Assembly (NCBI GenBank): GCA_013239625.1 | Contig: MU053216.1 | Span: forward strand, 622,001-686,000 | Origin: Lama guanicoe | Taxonomy: Eukaryota | Length of the DNA stretch: 64,000 nucleotides | Reading direction: 5' to 3' | Part shown: positions 1-12,765 of the stretch, piece after piece | How positions within the stretch are numbered: the first letter of the stretch is position 1 | Layout of the letters: each line of letters starts with the position of its first letter | The notes under the pieces: model-generated | What the model saw: only the letters and a program-made list of their open reading frames with translations | Database searches by the model: none | What the model was told of the DNA's origin: nothing | Translations under genes and position numbers: made by a program

Positions 1-260
1 AAGTCATGAGGCAAAAACGGATAGAACTGAAAGGCAAAATAGCCAAATCCACAATTACAGCTGGAGATTCCACACGTGTCGCTCGATAAGAGAACAAGTG
101 GACAGAAAATCAATACAGATACAGAAGGTCTGAACAATGCTACCAACCAACCAGACCTAACTGGCATTTATCAAACAATATCAGAACACGTTTTCTCAAG
201 TTCACATGGAACATTCACCAAATAGGCCATATGCTGGGCCACAAAACAAACCTGCACTGA
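1..260 (+). mobile_element. Old LINE-1 fragment (ORF2 endonuclease region, degenerate)
   Basis: aaatccacaattacagctggagat...catggaacattcaccaaaataggccatatgctgggccacaaaacaaacct resembles the L1 ORF2 5' consensus. Confidence 0.75.
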
Positions 261-419
261 AAAGCAAATTTGCTTTTCACAGAGGCACGGCTCAGCAATT
301 CTGAAATTACCCTAAACAAATAAGTAAATTATTGTAGATAATGAGAACAAGGCTTCTTACAGTTACAAACAAGGAGAGAGAGCTACTGCCGAGCCTGTGC
401 TGCTGGATGGGAGCTGGAG

Positions 420-1620
420 GCGCTTGTGGTTTTCGTCCTAAACGCACGTGGACAGACCCAGGAATGAACACAGAAGTGAAGTGCATGTGCAGGGTTAGTA
501 CGTTATATGCCTTCCCACTGGACGGGACGAGCAGCAGTGACACCCCTGTAGGAATGAGTACCCTTAACACCCAGATCTGGGTTTCTAAACACTATTCTCT
601 AGTAGAAGGAACTAGGGCTCCCCGGAGAAGAGACTGACTCCAGGGCTGGGGCAAGAAACACAGAAGATGAGCTGGAGCATCTTGTGATACTGGGAAATAA
701 TGAAGTAGTAAAAGAATAAAAATAAAAAACAGTAACAAAAAGTACGCTGCAAGGGCCTCAGAGCTAACCTAAGAGTCCCCAGTGGCCACAGTTAGAACCA
801 CCTGGGCAAACAAGCAGCAAGAGCTGGATTACAGCCCCAAATAACTCGAGCACCGACGAGTCCACGCCGGCACGGACACGGACACGCAGCTGAGTAAACA
901 AGTGAGAGACAGGACAGAAAGGACAGCTCTCCCCTACAGCAAACTCCAGCTAACACAGGTAGAAGGAATGAGAAAACAGGAAATTACCACTAGAACTCCA
1001 GTGCCAAAATCAGTGGGCAAAAGGGTAAGCAAAAAACATGGTATTTGCATAATTTCAAAGTATCTCCCCTCGGATATTAATTACAAAAATGGAAACTAGT
1101 AATCTTATGGTGGATAAAGCCTGCAGACACGACCAGAATCAAGTGTTCAAGGTCACCCTCACCAGCAACGGTTCACACAGACACCATCTGCCCTGGCCTG
1201 AAGAGGGGGCACACCGAGGGGGGGCGGCCACCCGAGAACACACAACTTGAGGAGAAAACAGCAGACAAACCCAAACTGAGGGTGTCTTCAAAAGAGCCAT
1301 CTCTACTCCTCACCAGAATCAAGGCCACAAACAAGGGAAGGCTGAGGACTGCCCAGATGGAAGGGGACAGGATGACCCTGGGACACGGGACAGCGTGCTG
1401 GACCCCAAAACAGACAAGGGACGTCATGGGGGAGAGCAGGGTCCAAACGCAGCCTGTGGCTCAGCTGAGGGGACCATGTGCACAAGGCAGCCGTGCTGGC
1501 TGCGCTCTGCCTACGCGAGCGCGCAGTAGCGGGCAGGGAGGCTGCGTGGAAGGTGTTCTGAACTCTATTTTTGCAGTTTTTCTGTAAAGCTCAGATTATC
1601 TCAAATTAAAACAATGAATT
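420..1620 (+). mobile_element. Old L1M (L1MC/MD-like) 3' region, degenerate
   Basis: gaaggaactagggctcc...gactccagggctggggcaagaa...gatgagctggagcatcttgtg is typical of the L1MC/MD 3'UTR; boundaries approximate. Confidence 0.55.
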
Positions 1621-2803
1621 AAAAACACAAGGAAATACATGGGAGTGATAAGCACCAAATTCAGGGGGGCAGTTAATTGTTGAGGGGCGGCTGGTGCATG
1701 AGACTGGGGAGCTGTACAAAGAAGGCCCCAACTCCGGGAGGAGGGTTCACTCCTTGTGTTGTGTGGACAGTACATGGATTTTTAAAAATTACATGTGTAT
1801 GCCTGAATGTATTTCTTTAAAAACCTTCAGACTTTCAAATTGGGCACAGACACATCTGCATATGGTAATCTAGTCACCTGCCCGATGTTTACAGAGTACC
1901 TATTATAAAACGAGGTTCCTCCCTGCCTCTCCTGTGTTGGCTGCACGGGGTCTACACCACAGCTGCTCAGCAGCAGCAAGACGGCAGCACGGCCACAGCA
2001 AGTGGGTGTAGCCAGGGTTCAGGAAGAGGCCCCTCAGTCCGCTGCCCCGGAGACGGAGCAGATTTAGACAGAGTTCTGAACCCAGCCCGCCACGGGGTGG
2101 AGCTGTGACTGCGGTGTCACAATCTGCAGACTTTCCACACATGAAACAGACGCACTTCCAGCAGCAGGTGCAGCCGAACCCCCTCGTCTTCCAGCCCTGG
2201 CTCAGAAGTTCACAATCGCGTGCCGGCTTCACACAAAGCGTCAGAAACCATGGGAAAAAGGGGAGAAACAGACAGGACCTTCCTGATGGGCATTTCAACC
2301 TTGAGGTGAGGAACTAACTCCACCATTCCACAAAGGGGCTGAGGGAAGCCTCCTTCCTGTCTGCTTGTTTCTGCTGACATTTATTTTGGTAATTAGAACA
2401 ATTTGGTTATTTCACCTTTTATTCTGGGCTCGAGTATACCAGAATTTGCTTTAGAATATTTATTAAACATTTCAAATCACTACTTTAAGATATTTATTAG
2501 AATTTACCTAACTTTCTATTATTTGCTAAACTTAAAACCGTATCCTGTAAAGCTCATCAGTGAGTGTCGTAAACTTTCAGTTTTCTCAGGAAGTGGGGGG
2601 ACAGATGGATACGCACATGGCGACACGAGCGCCGTGCAGAGCTGCCGGGAGCATCCATGGAGCCCACTGCGAGCCTCAGCTTTACAGGCTGATACTCTCA
2701 TTGGGAAACTGGGTACAAAGGGGAGGGCAGAGAAAACAGATGAGCACCAGCCCCTCACAACGTGCCCCTGCCGGGCTGAGAATGACACCAGGACCAGGAG
2801 GGG

Positions 2804-2889
2804 ACGGGGGGGACCTCAGACCCAGGAATGTGCCCGCAAAATACGGGGGGGACCTCAGACCCAGGAATGTGCCCGCAAAACACGGGGGG
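2804..2889. repeat. 39-bp tandem repeat, about 2.2 copies
   Basis: acgggggggacctcagacccaggaatgtgcccgcaaaa(t/c) at 2804 and 2843, partial at 2882. Confidence 0.9.
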
Positions 2890-3654
2890 CAGTTAGAGGA
2901 CGGGGGGCCTGAACACCTGTGCCGGGACGGCGGTGCGCGGTCTCCCCTCCGCCTCCCTCCTCCAGCGCCACACGGGGCGCGCCGGGTGGTTTGCCCACGA
3001 CCTTCAGAACAAGCTGCAGCAGCGGGGCGGACAGACGGCTCCCCGCAGGGCAGAGCCTCTCCCGAGCACGGGAGGAGGGGGCGTCTTTCATCCACCACGC
3101 AGAAGGGCAGCCAGCAGCCTCGGGGTCGACTGGAAAGGCCTTAGGGATTTCCACCTGCTGTCCGGCATAGGGTAGAATTAAATGTCAACCTCTTCAAAAA
3201 GAACTGATTCTCTGTCTTTTTCCAGGCCACCCCTAATTCAGAAAATTCATCTGCAGCCGAGGATTGCTTCCGGTACGCTAAGCTGAAGACACTCAAGAGT
3301 TAACCGATGAAACGGCAAAACCATGCCACCATCACATGAACACTCCCTGCAGAGTCAGAATTCACAAGAAACAACTTAACTTTCCAAAGCGATACAGCAC
3401 TTAGGAGAACAAATTGAGGAGGCCTTAAGAAACGGAAAGCATTTTCCCTGCAGTTCAACATACCCTCAGCCTTGAACTGTTCTTCTGATGAACATCTTGT
3501 GTTTACGACTGGAAGTTAAGAGCTCTGGGCTGGAAGGCAAATGCTGCAAACACACGAACGGCCAGCAGGCACAGTGTCACTTGTCAAGGGGGCAACGCCG
3601 CCCCAGCCACCATGCGCAGCCTTGCCTGCGCTAGATGGCTATCTTTTTTTTTTT

Positions 3655-3965
3655 TTTAATGAAAATAACAGGTGTTGGCGAGGATGTGGAGAAACTGGGA
3701 ACCCTGTGCATTGCTGGTGGGAATGTAAAACGGGGCAGCCGCTGTGGGAAAGTTTGGTGGTTCCTCAAGAAGTTAAACAGAACTACCATTACTGGAAGTT
3801 ACTGTCCAGCGGGAACTAAGTTTATGCCGGCGATGATAAGTCTTAGTTCACATGACGGTGATGGTTACAACACTGCGACTGCGTTTAAATTCCACTCAGC
3901 TGTACACTTACAAGTGGTTAAAATTTTAAGTATTATTTTATGTATATTTTACCACACACACACAA
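3655..3965 (+). mobile_element. LINE-1 3' fragment (ORF2 end joined to 3'UTR end)
   Basis: aataacaggtgttggcgaggatgtggagaaactgggaaccc...ggtgggaatgtaaaa...; ends tttatgtatattttaccac. Confidence 0.8.
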
Positions 3966-4592
3966 AGTAACCCAGCATTAGCAATTAAACGCTTACTGCG
4001 TGTCTGGCGTTGAGTGGAATGTCAGTGTGCGCTCACCACCCACGCGGCCTTGGTTCTCCGTCTCACACACAGGTGGGCGGGTAACAACAGCCTGCCTTCT
4101 GGAAGGCCGCAGGTCACTCCCAATACAATCAGCAAAACGGCCCATTCGGAAGTGCCAATTCGTCTTCCAGGCTCAACCAGACCCCAAATACCCCCTGGAT
4201 GAAGGGCAGCTTCAGGGGACTTGCAGCTCATCAAAAACAGCCTGTGTTCTTTCCCAGGATGCAGTGAACACCACCCCTAGTGCTGCTGTGCCCCCTCGAT
4301 CCTTCCCAGACAGAACAGGGTGCGCTGGAAGGAAGCTCTTTTCAGCCTGGTTTCTGAGGGTTCAGAGTCAAGACACAGCCGTCCCGGAGGTAAAGAGCGC
4401 TGGACTGAAACCCAAAGCCAAGAGGACGCGTACCTGGCAGTGCCTGCAGCGCATCCACACCGCCCGCAGCCGCAGAGGCCGCCCCGCCACTGCCCACCTG
4501 CCGTCGACGGGGCCCACGTCCCGGGCAGTCTGCGGGACTGGAGGGAGCGCTCCGCAGCTGAGCCTGAAAGAACCAGCCATCTCCAGGCGCTG

Positions 4593-4598
4593 TTTATT
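4593..4598 (-). terminator. Candidate TIMM17A polyadenylation signal AATAAA
   Basis: tttatt on the + strand, about 340 nt downstream of the stop codon. Confidence 0.5.
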
Positions 4599-4937
4599 GT
4601 TTGACTAAGAGAGCAAGACCAGGCAGAGAAGCCCCGCAGAATGACAGTTTGCTGTGTGGTCCCTCGTCTTCTCGGCATGCGCCATGCTTCCATGTACGAC
4701 ACTAGGCTGTCACTCTGATCACAAGCGCAATCCAAGTGTGAATAAGTATGTGTGCTCTCCTTCCAGCTCCCACCCCTGCCCCATGCTCCTCTAAGTAGAA
4801 AAGGTGCTGGGTGTCTCTTCAGAGCCTCCGTGGCCACGGCTCTCCCACCCGGGGCTTAAAACAGACTGCAGCTCGGTCTCCCCAGGTCCATTCTGGAACC
4901 GCTGTGCGCTCCGCGAAGGAGCCCCAGGAGCGAGGTC

Positions 4938-5023
4938 CTACTGATACTGCCGGTGGTCTCCGAAGGGTGAGGGCGGCAGCTGGGCTGCAGGCCCCTGGGC
5001 GGCGTCTTCAGCAAAGGCAGGAC
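4938..5023 (-). CDS. TIMM17A: TIMM17A coding exon 6 (GPAFAEDAAQGPAAQLPPSPFGDHRQYQ*)
   Basis: cag|GT CCT GCC ... CAG TAT CAG TAG; the six exons total 516 nt = 171 aa + stop; the RQYQ* terminus identifies TIMM17A rather than TIMM17B. Confidence 0.95.
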
Positions 5024-6965
5024 CTGCGATGAAGGAGAACGGAGACACCACCTAGCTGTCGTGTCATTTACAAGAACCAGTCCCCGGAGGGAGCGAATCG
5101 GTCAGCTCGACCGAAGTAGGTGCCGCGTCAGAACCGGGCCCGAATCCCCACGCCAGGAGAGAGCCGCGCCCTCAGCCCTGCCGGGGGCGGCAGGTGGGCT
5201 CATCGCGGCAGGAAGCAACGCTCAGGCTGCAGAGCAACTGCCAAACAAGCTGCACGTCAGGGCTGGACAGAAGCGCCCGCCTGCCGTGTCCTCAGCAGCG
5301 ATTTTAAAGCTGCAGCGCCAGCGCCGCGTCTCAAGAGGACCCGCGATGCACCTACATGATCAAGTCAGTGAGGACCGGGCTCTGACGCGGGGACAGCCTG
5401 CCCCGGCCTGCAGAGCAGGGGCCACCGTGTTTCATCTCTGAACAAGGAGAAACTGTGGCTCCTTTGAAAAGAGACCTGAATGGGAGCAATCACGCCTTCC
5501 TCAGGGAAACGGAGGCAGACTGCAAGTATCTGGAAGGGACAAAGAGGGCTTTCCAGTGCTCCAGTCACGTCAGTTTTTACTATGAAAACAGCACCCGTTC
5601 ATCACCGCCCGCCTGAGAAGACGTGGGTGAAAAAGACAAAGCTACGGATAACCACTGTCGTCATTTAGACACAGTTGTGAGTGGTTTTCCTCACTGTTTA
5701 AGAACTTCCGCGTGTAAGCTAATTTGAAAAACCTGATTAGTTTTTCAAAGATCCCCCCCACCCCCCAGGTTTCTGGAAACACATCTCCTGTCTAAGATAA
5801 AACACTTCTTTCCCTCTGAGAAAAAAAGCTTAAAGCAACTACACGAGGCTAAATCCCGTAAGACAATGTGACCAAGATCTTGTTTTAGTTCTGAAAACAC
5901 GGAGCTTTCCTGATGTCTTACGGGAAGTCTTTCCCACTAAAGGGTTAAGCAAACCAAAAAGCCAAACGGAGAGTGGTCATCAAGACAGGGCTAATGCCAA
6001 AGTAACGACTGAGAAACAGGAACCCGGGGAACAGGCCCAGGGGCCTGCAGGTCACCGCACGGGCACCTGGCGAGTGGGGCCTGGGAACTCCGTGCCCAGA
6101 ACACATTGAACCTCTCACTCGGGGCCTCGGGAGGATCAAGTCAAACTGGGAGCCGTGACCTGCTCCTAACTCTAGGCTGAATCTTCTCCGAGCTCCAAAA
6201 ATAACTCTCAGTGTGTCTCACTATTCCGCGTGTCCCCCCCACAAACGCCAGGCCCTGCTGTCCGACTGTGACCCTGTGTCTCCTGCTTCCTCCAAAGGCA
6301 AGGAACAGTCCCAAGCAGACAACCGGTGTTTTCTCAGTGACAAACTTCACACGCTAACCGCTGAGCAGATGCTCCAGGACCGTGTGTGACGGCCCACGGG
6401 CGACGGAATGGCCCCTTTTAGCTTTCTCCACAGCAGGGAGAGGACGACAGAAAGTCCTCCAACAAAGTACATCACCAACTTCTCAGAAAGCTCTCCCTTC
6501 CAACCCTGCGGTGACCCCTCACCACCAGCCGCCTTCTCCCTCGCCGCCCACTTTCTCCAAGGCGAGCAACGCGACCACACCACCTCCTCTGCTGCTGGGA
6601 AGCTGGTCCCACACCCGCTGCCCTGCACCTGGGACGGGGCCCACACACATGCGGGCACAAGCTGTCGCCTGCCTGCTGCCACTGTCACACCTCAAGGCCC
6701 TCTCTTCAAGCACCTCCAAAGTGATCAGCATGTCTCAGACGATAAAACCTGAGAACACTAAGGAGAGGTCAAAGGCAATCCTCAGACCGCGGCACTTGGG
6801 CTGCTGTGATGAAACAAGGCTAACTGCATGCGCACCCACCCTGTCCGACGGGCACACGTCTGTGCTCAGTCCCTACACACTGACACACGAGGCAGACCTT
6901 CTCTCTTCACGCCAGGAAGCCACACCAGAACGCTCGAGCCACGGCGCCGGGCAGAGGAGACTCAC

Positions 6966-7076
6966 CACTGGGGAACTGCGCAGAGGCAAATCTCGTCAAC
7001 AGGATGCCGGCTCCTTCGATCAGAGCGAGGAGAACGCCGCCCATCACAGCTGACCCGGCCATGGCCACTGGTCCAT
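6966..7076 (-). CDS. TIMM17A: TIMM17A coding exon 5 ([37 protein letters not shown])
   Basis: ag|AT GGA CCA ... AGT G|gtgagt; 111 nt; lies within ORF 6907..7284(-). Confidence 0.97.
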
Positions 7077-7776
7077 CTGGCACAGTGGTGACAGAGAGGT
7101 TACTTTGGCGGGAATCCAGTTTGATGTCAGGTGTAACAAAGGAAAGAGCTGTCTGGATAGCTCCCTGCCACCACCCTCCCAAACCTCCCGCTCGCTGGCC
7201 AAGACCTGGTCCTGGCCAGCTCACTGTCCACGTGGACCGCGTGCCAGGGGGCAGCCCCGCCATACACGTCTGCACTGCCGCCACTGCTGTCGGGTCAGTG
7301 CAGAGCTGAGCGGCCAGGACGCAGCTCCTCAGCCCACAGGGCCCAACACTCCGACTCCTGGGCCCTGTGCAGAGGAAGCATACTGACCCCTGGCTGGCCT
7401 GCTAAGCCCAGACGAATTCCGGGTTGCTCTCTGTCCCAAAGATCCAAAAGATGGCTCTAGGCTCTTTACTCAGAACAAGGCTATGTGGCCAGGACCCCAT
7501 TAACTCCAGAGACTGGAGAGGAAGCCCAGGCACAAAGGTGTGGTGAACCGGCCACGACCGTCAGCGCAGGGCGGGAAGCCGCACTGCTCCCTGGCCACGG
7601 GGGTTACGTTTAGAGCCCAAGCTCTCTGTTCGCAAACACGCCACATCCAGAGACCCTTTACAGCTCCCCCAGATCACACGCACACTCACGCTTTCCCAGA
7701 CGATGCAACACTCAGTGTTATGCGTCACGTCTGTCACTAAACCCAGATGACCGTGTGTGTTGGCATGACTGCTTAC

Positions 7777-7905
7777 TTCTGGCTGCCAGGATGGCCCCAG
7801 TCAGGGCACCACTGGTGATGGGGTTCCAGGGGTCTTCCTTCCCTCTGACTTGAACCATGCTGCAGTCAATCATGGAGAAGAGACTGCCCCAAACTGCAAA
7901 ACTAC
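7777..7905 (-). CDS. TIMM17A: TIMM17A coding exon 4 ([43 protein letters not shown])
   Basis: ag|GT AGT TTT ... AGA A|gtaagc; 129 nt; lies within ORF 7718..8011(-); contains the Tim17-family RGKEDPWN motif. Confidence 0.97.
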
Positions 7906-7978
7906 CTGTTTTATTTAAAAACAAAAAAGTTTCATTTTTGTATCTTAGATTTAAAATGTTACAATCAAACATAAGTTT

Positions 7979-8134
7979 GGGGGGGAGGGTATAGCTAACG
8001 TGGTAGAGCACATGCTAAGCACACGTGAGGTCCTGGGTTCGATTCCTAGCACCTCTATTAAAAAATAGACAAATAAATAAACCTAATTACCTCCCCCCTA
8101 AAAATAATTTAACAAAAAAATTAAAACAAACAAA
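7979..8134 (+). mobile_element. tRNA-derived SINE (camelid Vic-1-like) with 12-bp target-site duplication
   Basis: ggggagggtatagct..gtggtagagc (A box), gggttcgattcc (B box), A-rich tail; TSD aaacataagttt at 7967-7978 and 8135-8146. Confidence 0.9.
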
Positions 8135-9429
8135 AAACATAAGTTTAAATAACAACACAGTGTAGTCTTAAAACCTCACACTCTTAAACAAACACATGCA
8201 GACAGGCCTGAACAAGCACTGAACAAAAGCCAGAACACATGTGTCTTCAACACAGCTGGGCCTGTGCTGCCCCGCTGGGAACCCGCAGTCCCCAGGCCAG
8301 GCCTGAGAGTCAGGGACACACGCTCGCCCCCCCAGAACCACGCGTCTGTTCAGAAGCCCCTCCTTCCTTCTCCCTCTCCTTCCTCAAAGCTCCACCTGCC
8401 CCGTCTTCCTTCTCTTCAGTTAAGAGCCGCAGAGTGTCTGCTCCATGAAAACCACCAGCAGGAGCAGGAAAGCCAGCTGTTGTGGAACATGTTACAGGTG
8501 GAAGCCAATACACGCTGACGCAAGTGAGGGGTACAAGCGGCCAGAGTTGTGGGAAAACACAGGAATGGGGGGCACCTTTCCACTCTCCTTTCTAGCCTTC
8601 ATTCCTCAAGTATGAAACTTGCAACCACCCCAAATCAGGCTACTTTGCCCGTGAACGCTTCCTAAACAGTCACAATTTCATAAAATAACAACATCCACCC
8701 ACACATACATACACTTAAGTACATGCAAAATCGAGAAAGACAACACCAAGATTTCATCACCGGCACCTCTGGTGACAGGTAACAGGTGACTTAATTTTGC
8801 TGTGCTTTGCTTTATTTTCTAAATCTTCTCCACTGAACACACACGACGTGCACTACAGGAAGAGAGTTCTCGTGCGTGCCAGGACGAGGGAGAGGAGGAA
8901 GGTGGCAGGGGAGCCTCAGGCACGCTGTTTCTTCCTCTCTGAAACCTCATGGCTGCCAGGTGTGTACGTGAGGGCCACGTCCAGGTCTGAGCAAGACTGT
9001 CACCAGCACTCCTCTCCAGCTGTCATGCTGGGGGTGAAATCTGGCTGATACAACCAGCTCAAATACGCATGAGCCTCCTTGTTTCTGTCCAGTGCTAGAC
9101 ATCACACACGACACGAAAGTAAAGCAGCCCTTTCTTCTGATCCAGCGGTTCTGCGCCCTGGGGGAGCAGTGGCGCCAAGGGAAGGGATGCTAGAATTTCC
9201 TGCTTCCTCAAGCAAGGCCCTCCCACTCCCTCGCAAGAGTCGGAAACCTCCACAGTCCCAAGCATGGCACGGGGTGAGCTACGGTGACGGACGAGGGTGG
9301 AAGCTGAGCCCACAGGAAGGACACTCAGGGCATGGAGCATCCCTATGTCCACGTGGAAGGGTGGCCTGCCACCAGGTGCCACAGCCGAAGTGGGGCAAGA
9401 AGGAAGATGTTCGTATGAAAAGAGAAGAA

Positions 9430-9800
9430 TGGACCTGTGGGCTGGATCGACTTTAGAGGTTTATCAGTGTGAACTCGTGATTTCCAGTATGTACACATGT
9501 ATGGATAAAAACCTGTGCACGTATATGGACGGGGTTAGTGTGTGTTCACATACATACATGCACACATTCCTAAGCTCTGCTACGAAGAAGGCCTGGGAAC
9601 TGCAACACCCAACAGTCATGATACACTCTGTGTCCAGACTTTGGCTTCTAAATACCACCCTCAACCGAAAGGAACCAGGGCTCCTTGGGGAAACGGCTGC
9701 CTCTAAGGCTGGGCCGGGGCAGGGGTGGGGGGAGCACACAGGATGAGCCTGGAGCACCTCGTCCCAAGTGCAAGGAAGTGCCTGAAGAGTAAGGCAGACA
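9430..9800 (+). mobile_element. Old L1M (L1MC/MD-like) 3' fragment
   Basis: aaggaaccagggctccttgggga...aggatgagcctggagcacctc is similar to the element at about 600-690. Confidence 0.55.
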
Positions 9801-11309
9801 CATCAAAGCACCTCGTATTTCTGCTATGACAATATAAGACTTCTCAGGACACAATTACGACTGTGCGTTTCCTGGGATCTTAACCGGAAGCTCAGCAAAT
9901 GCTCATTGAACTAAACTGAAAATGCCATCCAGTGCTTTTAAAAGTCAAGACTTCATAAAGATCACTCAATGGTTTCCTTAAAAAGGCCGATTCCCAGGAT
10001 TTGAAATGAACGGTCCCAGCTCACCGGCACTGTGACATACCCTCCCTCCATTCCACCCCAACTGTTGTTTTAAACAAACCTTTAATTTTAGACTAGTTTT
10101 GGAGTTACAGACAAGCTGTGAAGACAGCAGAGTTCCCGAACACCCCACAGCCCGTTCCCCACACGGAGCATCTGACTTGAGTGCTGTGCCCCCGTCTCAA
10201 CCGATGGCCCAACACTGACCCGCTGCTCCCGAAGTCCACACTCACTCCGATCTCCTCGGTCCCAGGGCCTCACTACATTCAGTCCTCTGGGCTCCGTAGA
10301 CTCTTCATGCCTGTGAGTCACCTGATTGTTTTCTTAGTCACTGAAAATGCTTGTGACGGATGCATCCTCTCAAAAGCCTGCAAAACCCACAGGACCGCCG
10401 CCTACGTGGAGGCTCGGGATTTGGCAAGGACTCCGACAGCACGTAGCATCCCCGAACGACACAGCAACCGTTAAGACACAGGAAAACTGGTCACACTGAC
10501 TTTCCAGGCTGTGCAATCACTACAGAGCGAAGACCATCACTTCAACCCTCAGCTTCCTCGCTAGAAGACGGCGAAATAACTACCTCTCGTGTTGCTGAGG
10601 ATGAAGTCCAATATCCTGTGAAAGCCTCCGCAGAGTGCTGGGCGCACAGCCGGCACTCGGTGAACGTTCGATACTAGCTACTCTCCGCTAAAAACAACGA
10701 CAACCACTTCTTCCGACGCACAGCCTCACTCAGCAGGACTGAAAGCACCACGACGTTACCGCGCGGTACACATGGTCTCTTCAGCCCAACGGCGCCTTTA
10801 CAGGCGAAGACGGCCCCCAGGCTTCCTCACCACCTCTTCTCCCAGCTTCTGAACAACCACATTCAAACAGCGGGAGGAACACAGCCCTCTCCGCTGCGGC
10901 ACCGACCTCGGCGCCGTGGCCAAAGCCCGCCGTACAGCCCCTCTCTCACAAACCTCAGCCCTTCAGCTCATTCTCCTCGGCGTGACGCAGCCCGAGGCTA
11001 CCACCTCTGACTCTCACAAACCCGAGCTGTAGGCACGCTGTCTGCCTTTTGGATTAAGAGGGAAAAACAAAACACCACCGAGCGTTTGAAGGACAGGCTT
11101 ATTTTCAATAGGATGCAACAATTTAGGTTAACCTTCCAAGGAAATCATAAATCAAGGCCCTTCAGAGATGTTAAGCTGTGACAAGCTTTTATTTAGACCA
11201 AAGTAAAATGTCTAAGTGGTATAATCTTAAAAAGGAAAAAAACAGAACTTCAGCTTCCAAAAAATGGGAAAGAAATTGTCTGGAGTACAAATGAAAAAAC
11301 TCTGCTTAC

Positions 11310-11373
11310 CTCCCAGCTGTGGGGCTCTGGTTTTAACAGCTGTCAAACTCCCTCGTAGTCTGTGGTTTACTCC
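11310..11373 (-). CDS. TIMM17A: TIMM17A coding exon 3 (GVNHRLRGSLTAVKTRAPQLG)
   Basis: ag|GGA GTA AAC ... GGA G|gtaagc; 64 nt. Confidence 0.97.
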
Positions 11374-11502
11374 CTATACGGAAACCAAAGAAAACTAAAA
11401 TATATTAGAAATATAGTGCATCTCCAACCCAGTGATGGGGCCTGAGTGATGAGCAAACCTAGGTTTCAAGAGCTGACAACATGGGACGCTTCAGCCACTT
11501 AC

Positions 11503-11602
11503 CGCCGGAGAATTGCGAAAGCCTTTGAGTGCCTGAAAGATACCACCACCTATGGTTCCCATTGTAAAGGCTCCACCGCAGTCGTCCACGATTCGCCAGG
11601 GA
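11503..11602 (-). CDS. TIMM17A: TIMM17A coding exon 2 ([33 protein letters not shown])
   Basis: ag|T CCC TGG CGA ... CCG GCG|gtaagt; 100 nt; phase matches exon 1. Confidence 0.97.
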
Positions 11603-12389
11603 CTAGTGGGGGAAGAACAAGAAGGCTGTGTTTCTCATTTATGAACCATAAGACCCTCTCTGCAAACCCAGCAGGCACACAACAGATTCCAGGGCAGGGC
11701 CCACCACAGCCAGGAGCATCTGAACACATTCTGTCTATTCGGCCGAAGCCACCTAAGCGAGAGGGAATGGAACTGGCTTTAGGTCCTGCCTGTTTACAGC
11801 ACTTTATTCACTCGCTCAGCTGCTGGTGTATCTATTCTGAGTCCAACACTGCCCCAAAGCAAATAAATAAGCATGTGGAAAACTACACTGTCATCAGCGA
11901 TGGGGATCCAGCCTCCTGGGGCTGCAAAATTGGAAGCCGAGACCAAAGACCGAAGATTCAACAGGTGCAGAGCATTTGCAACTGCAGCTTGCATGATACA
12001 TTTAGCACATCAGTGTTCTCTAACTCCCATTAATCAGAGGTGAAACTCGTACACCCAGCTTCCAATGCAGCACCCTAACTTATGCGGCTCAGTGAAATCT
12101 GGGGAAGCTCATTAGAACAGAACTGCTGTCCTAGCAGTGTGTCTTATAAAAGTCTGTGAATAGCTAAATTCATCTTCAGCTCACTGTGAATAAACACTTC
12201 TCCTGGTCTCAAGGGTCAAGCCTGCGGGCAACCCACCTGCTCAAGTAACTTGCGAGCTCAGCGCATCGTTGCCGCTGGAGACCCTGAACGAGTAGTTTCT
12301 GACTTTGCCAGACAGGATGCAAAACGCTGAATGAAGCCAAAACACCCATCCCTTCCAAGCATAAGACAAGTCGGGAGCTTGTGAAGAAC

Positions 12390-12580
12390 CACAGCCTCAC
12401 GCAGAGGCTCCTACTGTCAGCCTGCTTCTGCTGTCCTAAAAGCAGAATCAGCAACACCTGGGAGCTCGTTTAACTGCACTCCTGGGAGGTCCCACCCAGA
12501 ACCTACTAAATTCGTTCACAATTTAACACGGTCCACAGGTGACTTGATTTCACTGTAGAAGTTTGAGAAGCAGTGCTCTG
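12390..12580. mobile_element. MER5A-like hAT-Charlie DNA transposon
   Basis: gcagaatcagcaacacctgggagctcgtt...tttaacacggtccacaggtga...aagtttgagaagcagtg. Confidence 0.7.
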
Positions 12581-12639
12581 AGAGCTTTTTCTTACAGAAT
12601 CCCTCATCCTTTACCTTTGGAAAACAGTATTCCTGTCTC

Positions 12640-12765
12640 CTCTCCACTTTACAGATGAACAGAGGCTCAGTAACCTGCCCAAGGGCACACGGGTAATGAC
12701 TAGTAGAGCCAACTTAAATACACATCTAGTACTCCAAAGCCCCCAGATTCCTTCCACTACATCCT
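12640..12765 (+). mobile_element. MIR SINE fragment
   Basis: ccactttacagatgaacagaggctcag..taacctgcccaagggcacac matches the MIR core. Confidence 0.65.

Noticed and set aside
7979..8055. tRNA-like sequence (also at 21030, 29340, 33200 and 35590)
   Set aside because: These are heads of tRNA-derived SINEs with A tails and TSDs, not tRNA genes
11446..11476. Box C (GTGATGA) ... box D (CTGA) in TIMM17A intron 2 suggesting a snoRNA
   Set aside because: Antisense to the host transcript, only about 31 nt long, and no terminal stem
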